64,000 nt of DNA from a virus, in the IMG/VR virus record IMGVR_UViG_3300012199_000001, positions 3,598 through 67,597 of that record; one strand, 5' to 3'. Positions 9,080 to 17,693 of the stretch are shown here, one piece after another (the first letter of the stretch is position 1; each line of letters starts with the position of its first letter). The notes below the pieces were generated by a model. It was not told the DNA's origin. It ran no database searches and saw only the letters and a program-made list of their open reading frames with translations. Both the position numbers and the translations under genes were made by a program.

Positions 9080-9637
9080 ATGAAAGGACGGAACCCTTCC
9101 ATGCAAGGAATCTTAACACCTGATGGTGCGGTACGCATAGAGCGTATCTACCATTTTAACGCTTATTATAATGCACTGGACGAACGTTGGTGTGGGCGTG
9201 GGAAGCACTGGGCTGATCCACTGGACTTCCATGAGAAATGTCAGTGGTGCCGAGAGTGCCGAGAGTCCTATCGCAAAGAACGCTACGACCCAGAAGCAAA
9301 GCGGCGCGCAAACTTTCGCTACAACTACGGGATGGATAGTCGAGTCTACGATCAACTCTTCCAGTTTCAGGGAGGCGTCTGTGCGATCTGTGGGCGTCCA
9401 CCAGAGTATCGGAAGATCGGGAGGGCGCGGACACCCAATAAAAGCCTGACACTGGATCACTGCCACCGTACCAAGTTGCTGCGCGGACTGCTGTGTTATG
9501 AATGCAATCTGGCTATTGGCTGGATGCGCGATAACGTGGAGAACATTGACAAAATGCGCGCATATATCGAGAATAATGGCGTGGAAGGCTTCTATGAGCC
9601 GGACATTTTAGAGGAAGATGCATCGAATTGCCACTAA
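9080..9637 (+). CDS. Endonuclease VII family protein
   Basis: YG..YDQLFQFQGGVCAICG..LDHCH..LRGLLCYECNLAIG. Confidence 0.9.
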   Translation: MKGRNPSMQGILTPDGAVRIERIYHFNAYYNALDERWCGRGKHWADPLDFHEKCQWCRECRESYRKERYDPEAKRRANFRYNYGMDSRVYDQLFQFQGGVCAICGRPPEYRKIGRARTPNKSLTLDHCHRTKLLRGLLCYECNLAIGWMRDNVENIDKMRAYIENNGVEGFYEPDILEEDASNCH

Positions 9638-9744
9638 GCGCGTACTGTTGGTAATACAATGAACTACGCTTAGTTGCAGTTACGGTACCAATGAGTCAGC
9701 ATGATATAGCATGTAGTGCAGTTTGTACAGGAAGAGAGAAACAG

Positions 9745-10017
9745 ATGAGCGAAGACGAAATGATGCAGATAATTGAGCAAGTGGTTGCGCAATCTGATCA
9801 GCAGCGTACACAGAGTGAGAGAGAGGCATATATCAGCAAGGTTGCAAGCCGTGTAAGCCTGGGAGCATGGAATGAAATAGCAAATAGCTATGACGCTATT
9901 CCTGAGCCTACCCGCTCTGCTCTCATCAAGTGGCAGAAAGAGAATCGTGATCGTGTCTCTTTCCAGATTGGTGAACTGGTACGTCTCCTCTTGCGCAAAG
10001 AATTGTTGGGCGAGTAA
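9745..10017 (+). CDS. Hypothetical protein
   Basis: ORF with purine-rich SD. Confidence 0.65.
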   Translation: MSEDEMMQIIEQVVAQSDQQRTQSEREAYISKVASRVSLGAWNEIANSYDAIPEPTRSALIKWQKENRDRVSFQIGELVRLLLRKELLGE

Positions 10018-10103
10018 GATGCCATGCGCATTCTCGCGTGCTGAGAATGCACATGCAGACGCGATAGAGCACGCGTTTGGATTGGATGAGTGAGGAGAAA
10101 CCG

Positions 10104-10460
10104 ATGAGCGAAGCATTCAAATGGGTAGAATTGACGACAGTACAGAGAGACATTCTTATCGCACAACATGTGACAAAGATACAGCATGAATGGGCTATAA
10201 GTATTGTGAAGGGTAATACGCTAGAAGAAACAAACAGTGCGCCGAAGTATTCAACCGACATGAATGCTGCGTGGCTGGTAGTAGAGCATTTTCGCAACCA
10301 GCGTTTTGATGTCCATGTAGCATCGGCTCCGCTTCAATATGATGTGCTCATTGCTTCTCGCAGATGGGAATGGAAACGTTTTGAAGCCAGCGCAGAGTCA
10401 GCACCAGAAGCCATTTGCCTTGCTGCACTCCGGGCCGTAGGCGTCGAAATTGTCGTCTGA
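10104..10460 (+). CDS. Phage ABA-sandwich (BC1872-like) protein
   Basis: PKYSTDMNAAWLVVE..APEAICLAALRAVG signature. Confidence 0.8.
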   Translation: MSEAFKWVELTTVQRDILIAQHVTKIQHEWAISIVKGNTLEETNSAPKYSTDMNAAWLVVEHFRNQRFDVHVASAPLQYDVLIASRRWEWKRFEASAESAPEAICLAALRAVGVEIVV

Positions 10461-10520
10461 TGACTTCCGTAAAGTGTCCTTTGTGGCAATTCACGACAAC
10501 ATGAAATGAGGTGAAACGAC

Positions 10521-10796
10521 ATGAGTGAGATGACGTTGATCGACATTCTCACGGGCGTCGGTCAACTTTGTGAGTATCAGACGAGTGTAGGGGTATGGGA
10601 ACCTGTCTACATTATGGCTTTCATTGGTGCAGCGAAGCCAGAGGATGAGTATGTTGAGCTGACGTATCTCATCGGTGGTGGAAAATGGAAAGTCTCTGCT
10701 CCCCACTGGCCGCATCTCCTGAGAAAAGCAACGATGAGCAGGGCTGAGTATCTAGCAAAGCACAAGGAGGAGACCAATGGCAAATCTTCAGATTAG
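10521..10796 (+). CDS. Hypothetical protein
   Basis: GAGGTG SD. Confidence 0.7.
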   Translation: MSEMTLIDILTGVGQLCEYQTSVGVWEPVYIMAFIGAAKPEDEYVELTYLIGGGKWKVSAPHWPHLLRKATMSRAEYLAKHKEETNGKSSD

Positions 10797-11016
10797 CGGC
10801 GAGCACATCCTGAAATATCCCGATATCGCCGCCTTTCTCCATGAGCACAACATCGCTATCCGTGATGTACGCTATGTGGAGGTGGAGCAGAAGCGGCGTG
10901 TACCAGGATCATTTCAGGAGCATGGCACAGCACGCAATGAGATTGAGGCAACGGTCATATTACACGACGATGCAAGATGGCCGATCCCATTAGAGCGGCT
11001 TACCTATAACGGATAA
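10777..11016 (+). CDS. Hypothetical protein
   Basis: GGAGGAG SD, overlap with previous gene. Confidence 0.7.
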   Translation: MANLQISGEHILKYPDIAAFLHEHNIAIRDVRYVEVEQKRRVPGSFQEHGTARNEIEATVILHDDARWPIPLERLTYNG

Positions 11017-11083
11017 CTTTACTTTTTCCTCCTCGAAGCGTCAAGATCAGTAGTGCAGAGGCATCGGCGCGGAGTCAGCGATC

Positions 11084-11135
11084 CTGCACACAAAGGAGCT
11101 GCTACGAACGCACGTAGCAGCTCCTTTGTGTGCAG
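11084..11135. repeat. Perfect 23-bp inverted repeat (long hairpin/terminator)
   Basis: CTGCACACAAAGGAGCTGCTACG-AACGCA-CGTAGCAGCTCCTTTGTGTGCAG followed by TTTT. Confidence 0.85.
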
Positions 11136-11252
11136 TTTTGCCGATCTCCGAAAATTGGTTCATTTTCCATTGCATTGTATTTGTATTCGTGATACAATAT
11201 CCATGTACCAAGAATGAGGTACAGAAGATAGTGCGAAAGGGAAAGAGAAACC

Positions 11253-11660
11253 ATGAAGTTTATCGTTGAGACGGGTTCGGAGAGCCATACCACCAGTTCT
11301 GCATCATTGCAAGCCAAGTTTGTTGGTGGAGAGCATGACGGCAAGTATCTTTATGAAGTGAAGAAATTTCAGATCAAAGCAGATTGGGACAAGAATAACG
11401 ATCATCATAGCCGGTGGGTTCTTACTCAATATGAATTGCCTGAAGGGACAGAGGTTGTTGTCATTGGAAAAGGGCGAACAGGCCCGCGTGGAGTGAGCAA
11501 GCATGAGTTCCACCGCATCTATCGCCTGGATAGCACGGCTGAAGTCATTGAGGAGCAGATTGATACAGGATTGCGCCAATGCGTTTTGAAGGGACGTATG
11601 GTGCTCGTGCGTGATCTGATTGCAGAGCATACAGATGTAAATACTGAAGAAGGATTCTAA
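11253..11660 (+). CDS. Hypothetical protein
   Basis: ORF downstream of TTGCAT..TACAAT promoter-like sequence (~11170-11198). Confidence 0.75.
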   Translation: MKFIVETGSESHTTSSASLQAKFVGGEHDGKYLYEVKKFQIKADWDKNNDHHSRWVLTQYELPEGTEVVVIGKGRTGPRGVSKHEFHRIYRLDSTAEVIEEQIDTGLRQCVLKGRMVLVRDLIAEHTDVNTEEGF

Positions 11661-11661
11661 G

Positions 11662-11907
11662 ATGCCAGCAAAACGGCACAATAAGAACGCAGCAGGGAAA
11701 CGGGTTAATCGGGAGCGTATCCCAATTAACCTCAGTGTCTCAGAGGGGAATGGGTTGCTTGACCTCTTCTCTGAGTACTTATTCCGTCAGGGTATAGAGC
11801 CAACCACAGAGAATATTAAACAACTTGCCTCTGATTGGGCGTATCACTATTGGGGCGAACGTCTCAAGCGCGAGATTGAAATGAATGAAGGAGCTATCAT
11901 CATATGA
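11662..11907 (+). CDS. Small DNA-binding protein, possibly ribbon-helix-helix
   Basis: Basic N-terminus, RIPINLSV strand followed by two helices. Confidence 0.5.
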   Translation: MPAKRHNKNAAGKRVNRERIPINLSVSEGNGLLDLFSEYLFRQGIEPTTENIKQLASDWAYHYWGERLKREIEMNEGAIII

Positions 11908-12380
11908 AACTGATCATCTTTGATGTCGATGGGACTTTGACCACCACGAAGAGTGGCGCGACCTTCCGCAAGACCGCCGACGATTGGCAATGGCTCCCAG
12001 GTCGAGTCGAGAAGTGCCAGCAGTTGCGTGGCAAGGGCATAAAAATTGCCCTCGCCAGTAATCAGGCTGGTGTAGCATTCCCTTGGTCAAAGTTTAACGA
12101 GGAGGAGATAGCATTTGAGATCGGTACAGTAGCGTATGAGGTAAGCGCGTCGTATACGGGGATTTGCTACTCGACACCGAATGAGAAAGCCCTCCCACAG
12201 TATCACAATGCCAATGATACACGTCGCAAGCCTGGACCCGGCATGCTGTTAGAGGCGATAGCGGCATGCGGGACAGTGCCAGATGAGACATTGATGGTTG
12301 GAGATCGCGACGAGGATGAAGCTGCGGCCCGCGCAGCTTGCGCGAGTTTCATGCACGCTGCCCAATTCTTTGCAGAATAA
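11904..12380 (+). CDS. HAD-superfamily subfamily IIIA phosphatase (GmhB/polynucleotide 3'-phosphatase-like)
   Basis: FDVDGTL, SNQAGV, RRKPGPGML, MVGDRDED motifs. Confidence 0.9.
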   Translation: MKLIIFDVDGTLTTTKSGATFRKTADDWQWLPGRVEKCQQLRGKGIKIALASNQAGVAFPWSKFNEEEIAFEIGTVAYEVSASYTGICYSTPNEKALPQYHNANDTRRKPGPGMLLEAIAACGTVPDETLMVGDRDEDEAAARAACASFMHAAQFFAE

Positions 12381-12494
12381 AACCTGCACTCCCTGCCGGA
12401 TTTTTCGTTACACTGGAAACTAGAGGAGATTTCCGACAAAATAGCGGAAGTGGCAAGGTAGACTAGAGAGAGAAACCCAAGAAAGGATTACATC

Positions 12495-13523
12495 ATGACA
12501 AACACAGAACCCCTTCATATTACGTTAAACGGCATGTTGAGCCAACGAGTTGATCCCACTACGTGGGCAAAGATCAAGGCGTACATGCGCTACTATGATG
12601 AGGACCTCATTGAAGAGATGGATTGGTTTGGGACGCAGCCTGGCTGGCATGTGACGAACGAGGCTGAAGTAGAACGCATTCTGGGCATTCCTGAAGAGTG
12701 GCATGTAGTGCCCCGTCGCGTCAAGGCAAAGCAAGAAGAGGCGGAGCGCAAAGAGCAAAAAATCCGCGAAGAGCAGGAATCGAGAGCGCGCATAGCGCGC
12801 AAAAAGTCAGGGTATGTTGCATGGCAGGAGCAAACGCTTGCTGGTCTAGAGCGGTTCCATGCATGGTTTGAAGACTTCCCGCAATTGGAGTGGGTAGAGG
12901 TCGCCTCTTTTGACAAAGAAGCTGGATGGCATGACACTGGAGATCGCTGGGGTAAGGCGATCTGGAATGGTGATGTCATTTATAAGCGTTCCTACGGGAA
13001 CACAACTAGCTACTATACCACCCGATCCAATGCTGTGATGCTTGCACGACTGGCTATTGCTGGATGGAAAAAGTATTATCCAACCGATGTTGAGATCGCC
13101 CGTCAGGTCCTCGTAAAACACGATAATGACTGCATCGGTGACGACCCTGCCCGTATTATTGTCGAAGAAGACGGACTCCAGCATTTTATCGATATTGCCA
13201 AGCAGGAACCCTGGTATCTCATTGCCCGTGGTTCCAAAGATGAGGACATAGAAACGGCTCAAAAGTATGGGTTGCCGTATGTTCTCCTGTCGCGAGGAAA
13301 GAGCATCTACAGCCGAGATGTTTCACGCACGACCCAGGAAACCTTCAAACAGCGTATCGATAAGCATTTTGGTACAAGATACACGCGTCATAGCGCCGTA
13401 TATTATCTTCCAGATGGGGGCAAATGGTTCGTGAGCGAAGGCCATTCCAGTGCGCATGCGGTTCCCGCTCCTGATCTCGCAGACCTCTTTCCCGAACTGA
13501 TGAGGGAGGTGCATCATGCATAA
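12495..13523 (+). CDS. Hypothetical protein
   Basis: 342-aa ORF with AAAGGA SD. Confidence 0.8.
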   Translation: MTNTEPLHITLNGMLSQRVDPTTWAKIKAYMRYYDEDLIEEMDWFGTQPGWHVTNEAEVERILGIPEEWHVVPRRVKAKQEEAERKEQKIREEQESRARIARKKSGYVAWQEQTLAGLERFHAWFEDFPQLEWVEVASFDKEAGWHDTGDRWGKAIWNGDVIYKRSYGNTTSYYTTRSNAVMLARLAIAGWKKYYPTDVEIARQVLVKHDNDCIGDDPARIIVEEDGLQHFIDIAKQEPWYLIARGSKDEDIETAQKYGLPYVLLSRGKSIYSRDVSRTTQETFKQRIDKHFGTRYTRHSAVYYLPDGGKWFVSEGHSSAHAVPAPDLADLFPELMREVHHA

Positions 13524-14073
13524 AATCCAGGTTGGACAACTCTACAAAGAAGGTCAGACTTCGTGGCCCGAAGTCGTTGAATGGAACTGGACGCAGAGTG
13601 CCAACGAGTTGCGGTTGTTCTTCCGCAATCCAGATCCGCAGGAAATACAAGCGGTGAAGACTGGCAAGGTTGAATTCGGCTTGGTGATAGAGCAGGATAT
13701 CATTCTCTTGCTTTTCCGCTTCCTGCCAGCACAGAAAGGTCAACATGGTATCCGGTGGTCTGATGCTCCATACAGCTATCACTTTCTGCCAGAGGATCGA
13801 AGAGGGTTGCCGCCACAAGAATTAGGGGCAGAAAAACGAGCGCTGCTACAGATTGTGTTGGTCAATGCCAGCACAGGAATTACACTCGTTATTCGTGCTG
13901 TGAGCTTGTCTCATGAGTTCACGAAGCAACTCTATCAGGCAATTCATGAGCAAGCCGGGAAGTCATTTGATAAAGTGACATATGATCGGCAATTGCGCTG
14001 GCTCTACGCTACCTATCCAGACTCTAGGCAATTGCTTCAAAAGGCAGTTGTACGATGTGAGGGAGGAAGTTAA
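13516..14073 (+). CDS. Hypothetical protein
   Basis: GGAGGT SD, overlap with previous gene. Confidence 0.8.
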   Translation: MHKIQVGQLYKEGQTSWPEVVEWNWTQSANELRLFFRNPDPQEIQAVKTGKVEFGLVIEQDIILLLFRFLPAQKGQHGIRWSDAPYSYHFLPEDRRGLPPQELGAEKRALLQIVLVNASTGITLVIRAVSLSHEFTKQLYQAIHEQAGKSFDKVTYDRQLRWLYATYPDSRQLLQKAVVRCEGGS

Positions 14074-14077
14074 CTAC

Positions 14078-14109
14078 AAAAAGGCCCTAGCGGTATGCTA
14101 GGGCCTTTT
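14078..14109. terminator. Bidirectional intrinsic terminator at the early/late convergence
   Basis: AAAAAGGCCCTAGC-GGTAT-GCTAGGGCCTTTT; a second hairpin AAAAGCACCGAGC..GCTCGGTGCTTTT follows at ~14119-14164. Confidence 0.85.
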
Positions 14110-14191
14110 CATGCGCACAAAAGCACCGAGCCGGTTGTGTCTGAATACGCCGCTCGGTGCTTTTGTTTCTGTCAGTGCTACGCGCTCAGGC

Positions 14192-14425
14192 TCAGTTGAG
14201 ACGCGTCACGTGCGCACCCTTTGGCACTTTAAGTACCTGTTGAGGTCCACCATGCTCGCGGTAGAAGATATCTTCCCCAACTTGGTGCGTCACTTCTCCA
14301 CGCGTGGTTTGTCCACCGTGGGTAATCTGTATCTGATCTCCTGCGTGATACTTCTCATCCTCGTTCGGGGTCGGTGTCTTTCCCGGCTTTTCGTGCTCAT
14401 GCTCATGTGGTGGTTGTTTCATCAT
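14192..14425 (-). CDS. Small hypothetical protein
   Basis: AGGAGG SD; SH3/KOW-like beta pattern. Confidence 0.6.
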   Translation of the reverse strand: MMKQPPHEHEHEKPGKTPTPNEDEKYHAGDQIQITHGGQTTRGEVTHQVGEDIFYREHGGPQQVLKVPKGAHVTRLN

Positions 14426-14570
14426 CGTTATGTTTTCCTCCTGAAATACATCTTTAGGAGCGCCCCTACGCGCTCTCAGCCAGTATATCATGAATGCTGG
14501 ACGCTTGTCATCTTTCCGTCACATGCTGTTGACAGGTAGAAGCAACGGCGCGCGTCTTCCGCGCATGTGT

Positions 14571-15335
14571 CTACTGGATCGTCTGGATTGTCCAGAAGTC
14601 CGCCGATAACCCTCCATCAAGTAGATACTGATAAGGCAGGTAGAAATAGCCTTGGTCACCCCACTGAGCGGTCCATGAATTTCTGCATATCCAAACCTGC
14701 TTATCATCCTGGTAGCCAACGCACAAACAGGCATGCCCTCCGATGGTTGGCTCGTTCGATCCTGGCATTGGCACAATCCCGGTTTGTGCTACAGACTGGC
14801 TCTCAAAACTCTCGTAGACGGAGAACCCAAATACGAATGGGAGGCCACTAGCAAGGCATGCCTTCATCTGGTTGAGGCTGCGTGCAATGCGCTGATAGGA
14901 GAGTGCGCGATGATGTGATGCTTCCTGATAACAGATAATCGGTGGCATGACCGCGAACCTGGGAATATCGTAGGGCCATAGCATCTCGGTGCAGACTCCC
15001 TGCCTATTCACGCATTTGATACCATCTCTGATGTATGCGCCGCTATCCACGCTCGTTGTGCCCTCTCGTGCGCGCTCACAGTAGTAAATGAACAGACGCG
15101 ACGGTGGAAACTCTGGCAACCCCTGCTTCCTCTGATCGAACGCGAGAGCCCCCGCAATGGCGTTGGAGGTGCAGCTCCCCAGATTGCCTTGCGAATACAC
15201 GAGAGGGCATTGTGGACGCAAATCCACGCTCGCTGGCAATGCTTGTAGGAGCGGACCCGGCGCGGCATAGAGGTGATCCCTATGATCTGGGTTATCCCGG
15301 TGCCAGCCCATACCGTAATTGTGTAGTATAGTCAT
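14571..15335 (-). CDS. C1A papain-family cysteine peptidase
   Basis: LPASVDLR..QGNLGSCTSNA, SRLFIYY, GGHAC, RNSW..WGDQGYFYLPY. Confidence 0.93.
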   Translation of the reverse strand: MTILHNYGMGWHRDNPDHRDHLYAAPGPLLQALPASVDLRPQCPLVYSQGNLGSCTSNAIAGALAFDQRKQGLPEFPPSRLFIYYCERAREGTTSVDSGAYIRDGIKCVNRQGVCTEMLWPYDIPRFAVMPPIICYQEASHHRALSYQRIARSLNQMKACLASGLPFVFGFSVYESFESQSVAQTGIVPMPGSNEPTIGGHACLCVGYQDDKQVWICRNSWTAQWGDQGYFYLPYQYLLDGGLSADFWTIQTIQ

Positions 15336-15394
15336 AAAAATATCTCCTTATTTGATGCGCGTGAAAGATGCATGGCTCGCGACGACGCAGTAGC

Positions 15395-15784
15395 TCATAA
15401 CGGTTTATCTGGCAATCTGATCGGCTTTGGATCTACTGAGCGGATCTGCCCTGGTAGTGGAGGCATTTGCTGTGCTGGTGGATCACCTCTCAGATAGCCC
15501 TGAAGTGGTCTGAAGGTCTCCACTTGCAAGGTAGTTGCCAGCGTCAAGACATAGCCCACGTCAACAACAGCATTGCCTGTTAGCTTCCCCTGTGCCAGTG
15601 CCGTTATAATCGCCACGATGAGAATAGAGGTACCGCTGATAGCCGCATTTCGTCGCATAATCACGGTATTCTGTTCAGGTGTATTCGTCGCTGGTGTGGG
15701 ACGCTGAAGATAGTAGCTCGCGCCGAATGCGATAAATGGCAAGAGTGCTATCCCGTAGGGAAGAAGCTGCAATAATGATTGCAT
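15395..15784 (-). CDS. Membrane protein, putative holin
   Basis: 2-3 hydrophobic segments directly downstream of the endolysin; GAGGTG SD. Confidence 0.55.
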   Translation of the reverse strand: MQSLLQLLPYGIALLPFIAFGASYYLQRPTPATNTPEQNTVIMRRNAAISGTSILIVAIITALAQGKLTGNAVVDVGYVLTLATTLQVETFRPLQGYLRGDPPAQQMPPLPGQIRSVDPKPIRLPDKPL

Positions 15785-15794
15785 GGAACACCTC

Positions 15795-16622
15795 TTATTT
15801 GCCACTTTTTTGCGCACGCAGGGCAAGCAGTTCTTTCCCAATATATTCACGGATGACCCCTGTCCTTGCTGTCCATCCAAGCATTGAGAAGCGAAACACC
15901 TGCTGTGTGCCACCTCCGAGTGTTGCGTTGCCGATCTCTAGCGGATTTTGCGCGTGCTCCCTTTCTAGCGGCCAATCGTTCTGGTCCCAATCGTTGGCGA
16001 GCACATAATTCCTAAATCCGTCCCTGACTAGCATGCCGTTGGGAGCGGTCAGGATACTCCCGTTATCCTTCCAACCATCGGGTACATTGCTCATCGATGA
16101 TCCTCCCTTCAAGTAGTCCCACAACTCATTCCAGGGAAATGCAGGACCAGGACAGTGCGCACGATTTGCCGGGTCAATTGATGCATGCGATTTGATGTGA
16201 TCTGGGGCAATCCCGTACTTCTTACTCAAGTAGGCGATCAGCTTAAATGAGGTCTGCTTCTGGGCATCAGAGAGTTGCAGACTATTGGTGAGGTCATTTT
16301 CGTGTTCGACAGAAATTGTGTGCTTATTGAGGTTGTCTCCACCAAACTGATCCCAGAACGTGTCGTGACCCGGCATAATGCAGCAATTAGCCCCGGCACC
16401 ATCTTGTTCTTGCACGTACTGCGCAACAACCCCGTTGCGGTCTATGCCATAGTGTGATGAAACCATGTCCGCATTTGACCGAAAGTAATCTCCTAACTGC
16501 TGTGCGGTTTGATTCGGATTCCCTCCAGTTCCATGCACAACAATGGCAGAGTGCGTGTTCTGGTTGGTAAACACTCTGCTCCTATCTACGTAATATTCAA
16601 TAGCATCAGGATAATCTGACAT
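15795..16622 (-). CDS. Endolysin, N-acetylmuramoyl-L-alanine amidase (Amidase_2)
   Basis: IVVHGT, SSHYGI, NKHTISVEHE, KSH..HCPG zinc-amidase motifs. Confidence 0.92.
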   Translation of the reverse strand: MSDYPDAIEYYVDRSRVFTNQNTHSAIVVHGTGGNPNQTAQQLGDYFRSNADMVSSHYGIDRNGVVAQYVQEQDGAGANCCIMPGHDTFWDQFGGDNLNKHTISVEHENDLTNSLQLSDAQKQTSFKLIAYLSKKYGIAPDHIKSHASIDPANRAHCPGPAFPWNELWDYLKGGSSMSNVPDGWKDNGSILTAPNGMLVRDGFRNYVLANDWDQNDWPLEREHAQNPLEIGNATLGGGTQQVFRFSMLGWTARTGVIREYIGKELLALRAQKSGK

Positions 16623-16637
16623 ACGTGTTGTCTCCTT

Positions 16638-17330
16638 TTATACAGGTGTATCGCGTGTGGGAGGCGGCACATCCGCCTCTCGACTCAGCAGTTCTGCCTC
16701 CTCCTCCAAAACCATCTTGCTTACCGCAGGTCGAGTGAATAGTAGGTATTTGAGCATGACGAGCACTACTATGCCTACAATGAAGAATATTTTGATGATA
16801 AGTAGCTGTATTTTTCGAGCATCGGCGTTTTGCTGTATCAGGGTGATCGCCTGATACATCGCTGTGATGTATGGGCGGTCATGCAGCAGCACGATATTCA
16901 CCTGGACTGGATCGGGACCAGTAGGGCTATCAGCATTGGCGAGAAGGCTCTTGAGCGCCGTTACCATCTGCTGATAGTCTGAGTTTGCCGTGCCTAAAGC
17001 AATCCTGACGTTATCGGGAGGATTGCCAGGCAACCCAAGAGACACGTCACCGACAATGAGACCCGCTTGCACCTGCTGAAACACAGGCAGTATCGTTTGC
17101 AAGTCGCTTACAGCCTGGGAACGAAACGTAATTGGCCGATATGCCAGAACAAGCACATCACGCGAAAGAAATATGCTGCGTGTCAGTTGCAAATCGGCCT
17201 GCCGCTGGATAACCGGGTCATCATTGCCGTTGGTGATAGGCAGGATTTCTAGCCCTACCATGACGACCAACAGAAAGATCGTTAGGGCAAGTGTGGCAAC
17301 CATATATGCGCGTAATACCTTCGCTTTCAA
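16638..17330 (-). CDS. Two-TM membrane protein with PilJ/NarX-like helical extracellular domain
   Basis: TM, then QRQADLQLTRS..LIVGDVSLGLPG, then TM and a short cytoplasmic tail. Confidence 0.55.
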   Translation of the reverse strand: MKAKVLRAYMVATLALTIFLLVVMVGLEILPITNGNDDPVIQRQADLQLTRSIFLSRDVLVLAYRPITFRSQAVSDLQTILPVFQQVQAGLIVGDVSLGLPGNPPDNVRIALGTANSDYQQMVTALKSLLANADSPTGPDPVQVNIVLLHDRPYITAMYQAITLIQQNADARKIQLLIIKIFFIVGIVVLVMLKYLLFTRPAVSKMVLEEEAELLSREADVPPPTRDTPV

Positions 17331-17341
17331 AATATCCTCCT

Positions 17342-17686
17342 CTAGTGAAAAATGTGTGCCGCATACGCAGTGATAATGCTCACTGCAAGCAGCACAACAG
17401 TAGAGACAACACTTATGAGAAAGCGTATCTGCACAGCAGCCGTTGCCTTTTCCTGAGCTTCATAGCGTTCCCTTGCCTCTTTATCCTGTACCTCTTGCTT
17501 ACTCTTCATCTCAATCACATCACGCTCCATGCGTGTAAGCGACGATTGGATATTTTGCAGTTGCAAGTCATTCTCACGGACTGGTACATATGACTTGAGT
17601 TGTACCTGCACATCTTTCAACTGCTGCTCAAGCAGAGTAATGCGATAGAGTAGTGCTGATGCCGATTCTTGCGATGGCTGTTGCAT
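17342..17686 (-). CDS. Coiled-coil plus C-terminal TM protein (XhlA/holin-like)
   Basis: Coiled coil then hydrophobic C-terminal helix, in lysis cassette. Confidence 0.6.
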   Translation of the reverse strand: MQQPSQESASALLYRITLLEQQLKDVQVQLKSYVPVRENDLQLQNIQSSLTRMERDVIEMKSKQEVQDKEARERYEAQEKATAAVQIRFLISVVSTVVLLAVSIITAYAAHIFH

Positions 17687-17693
17687 TTCGTCG

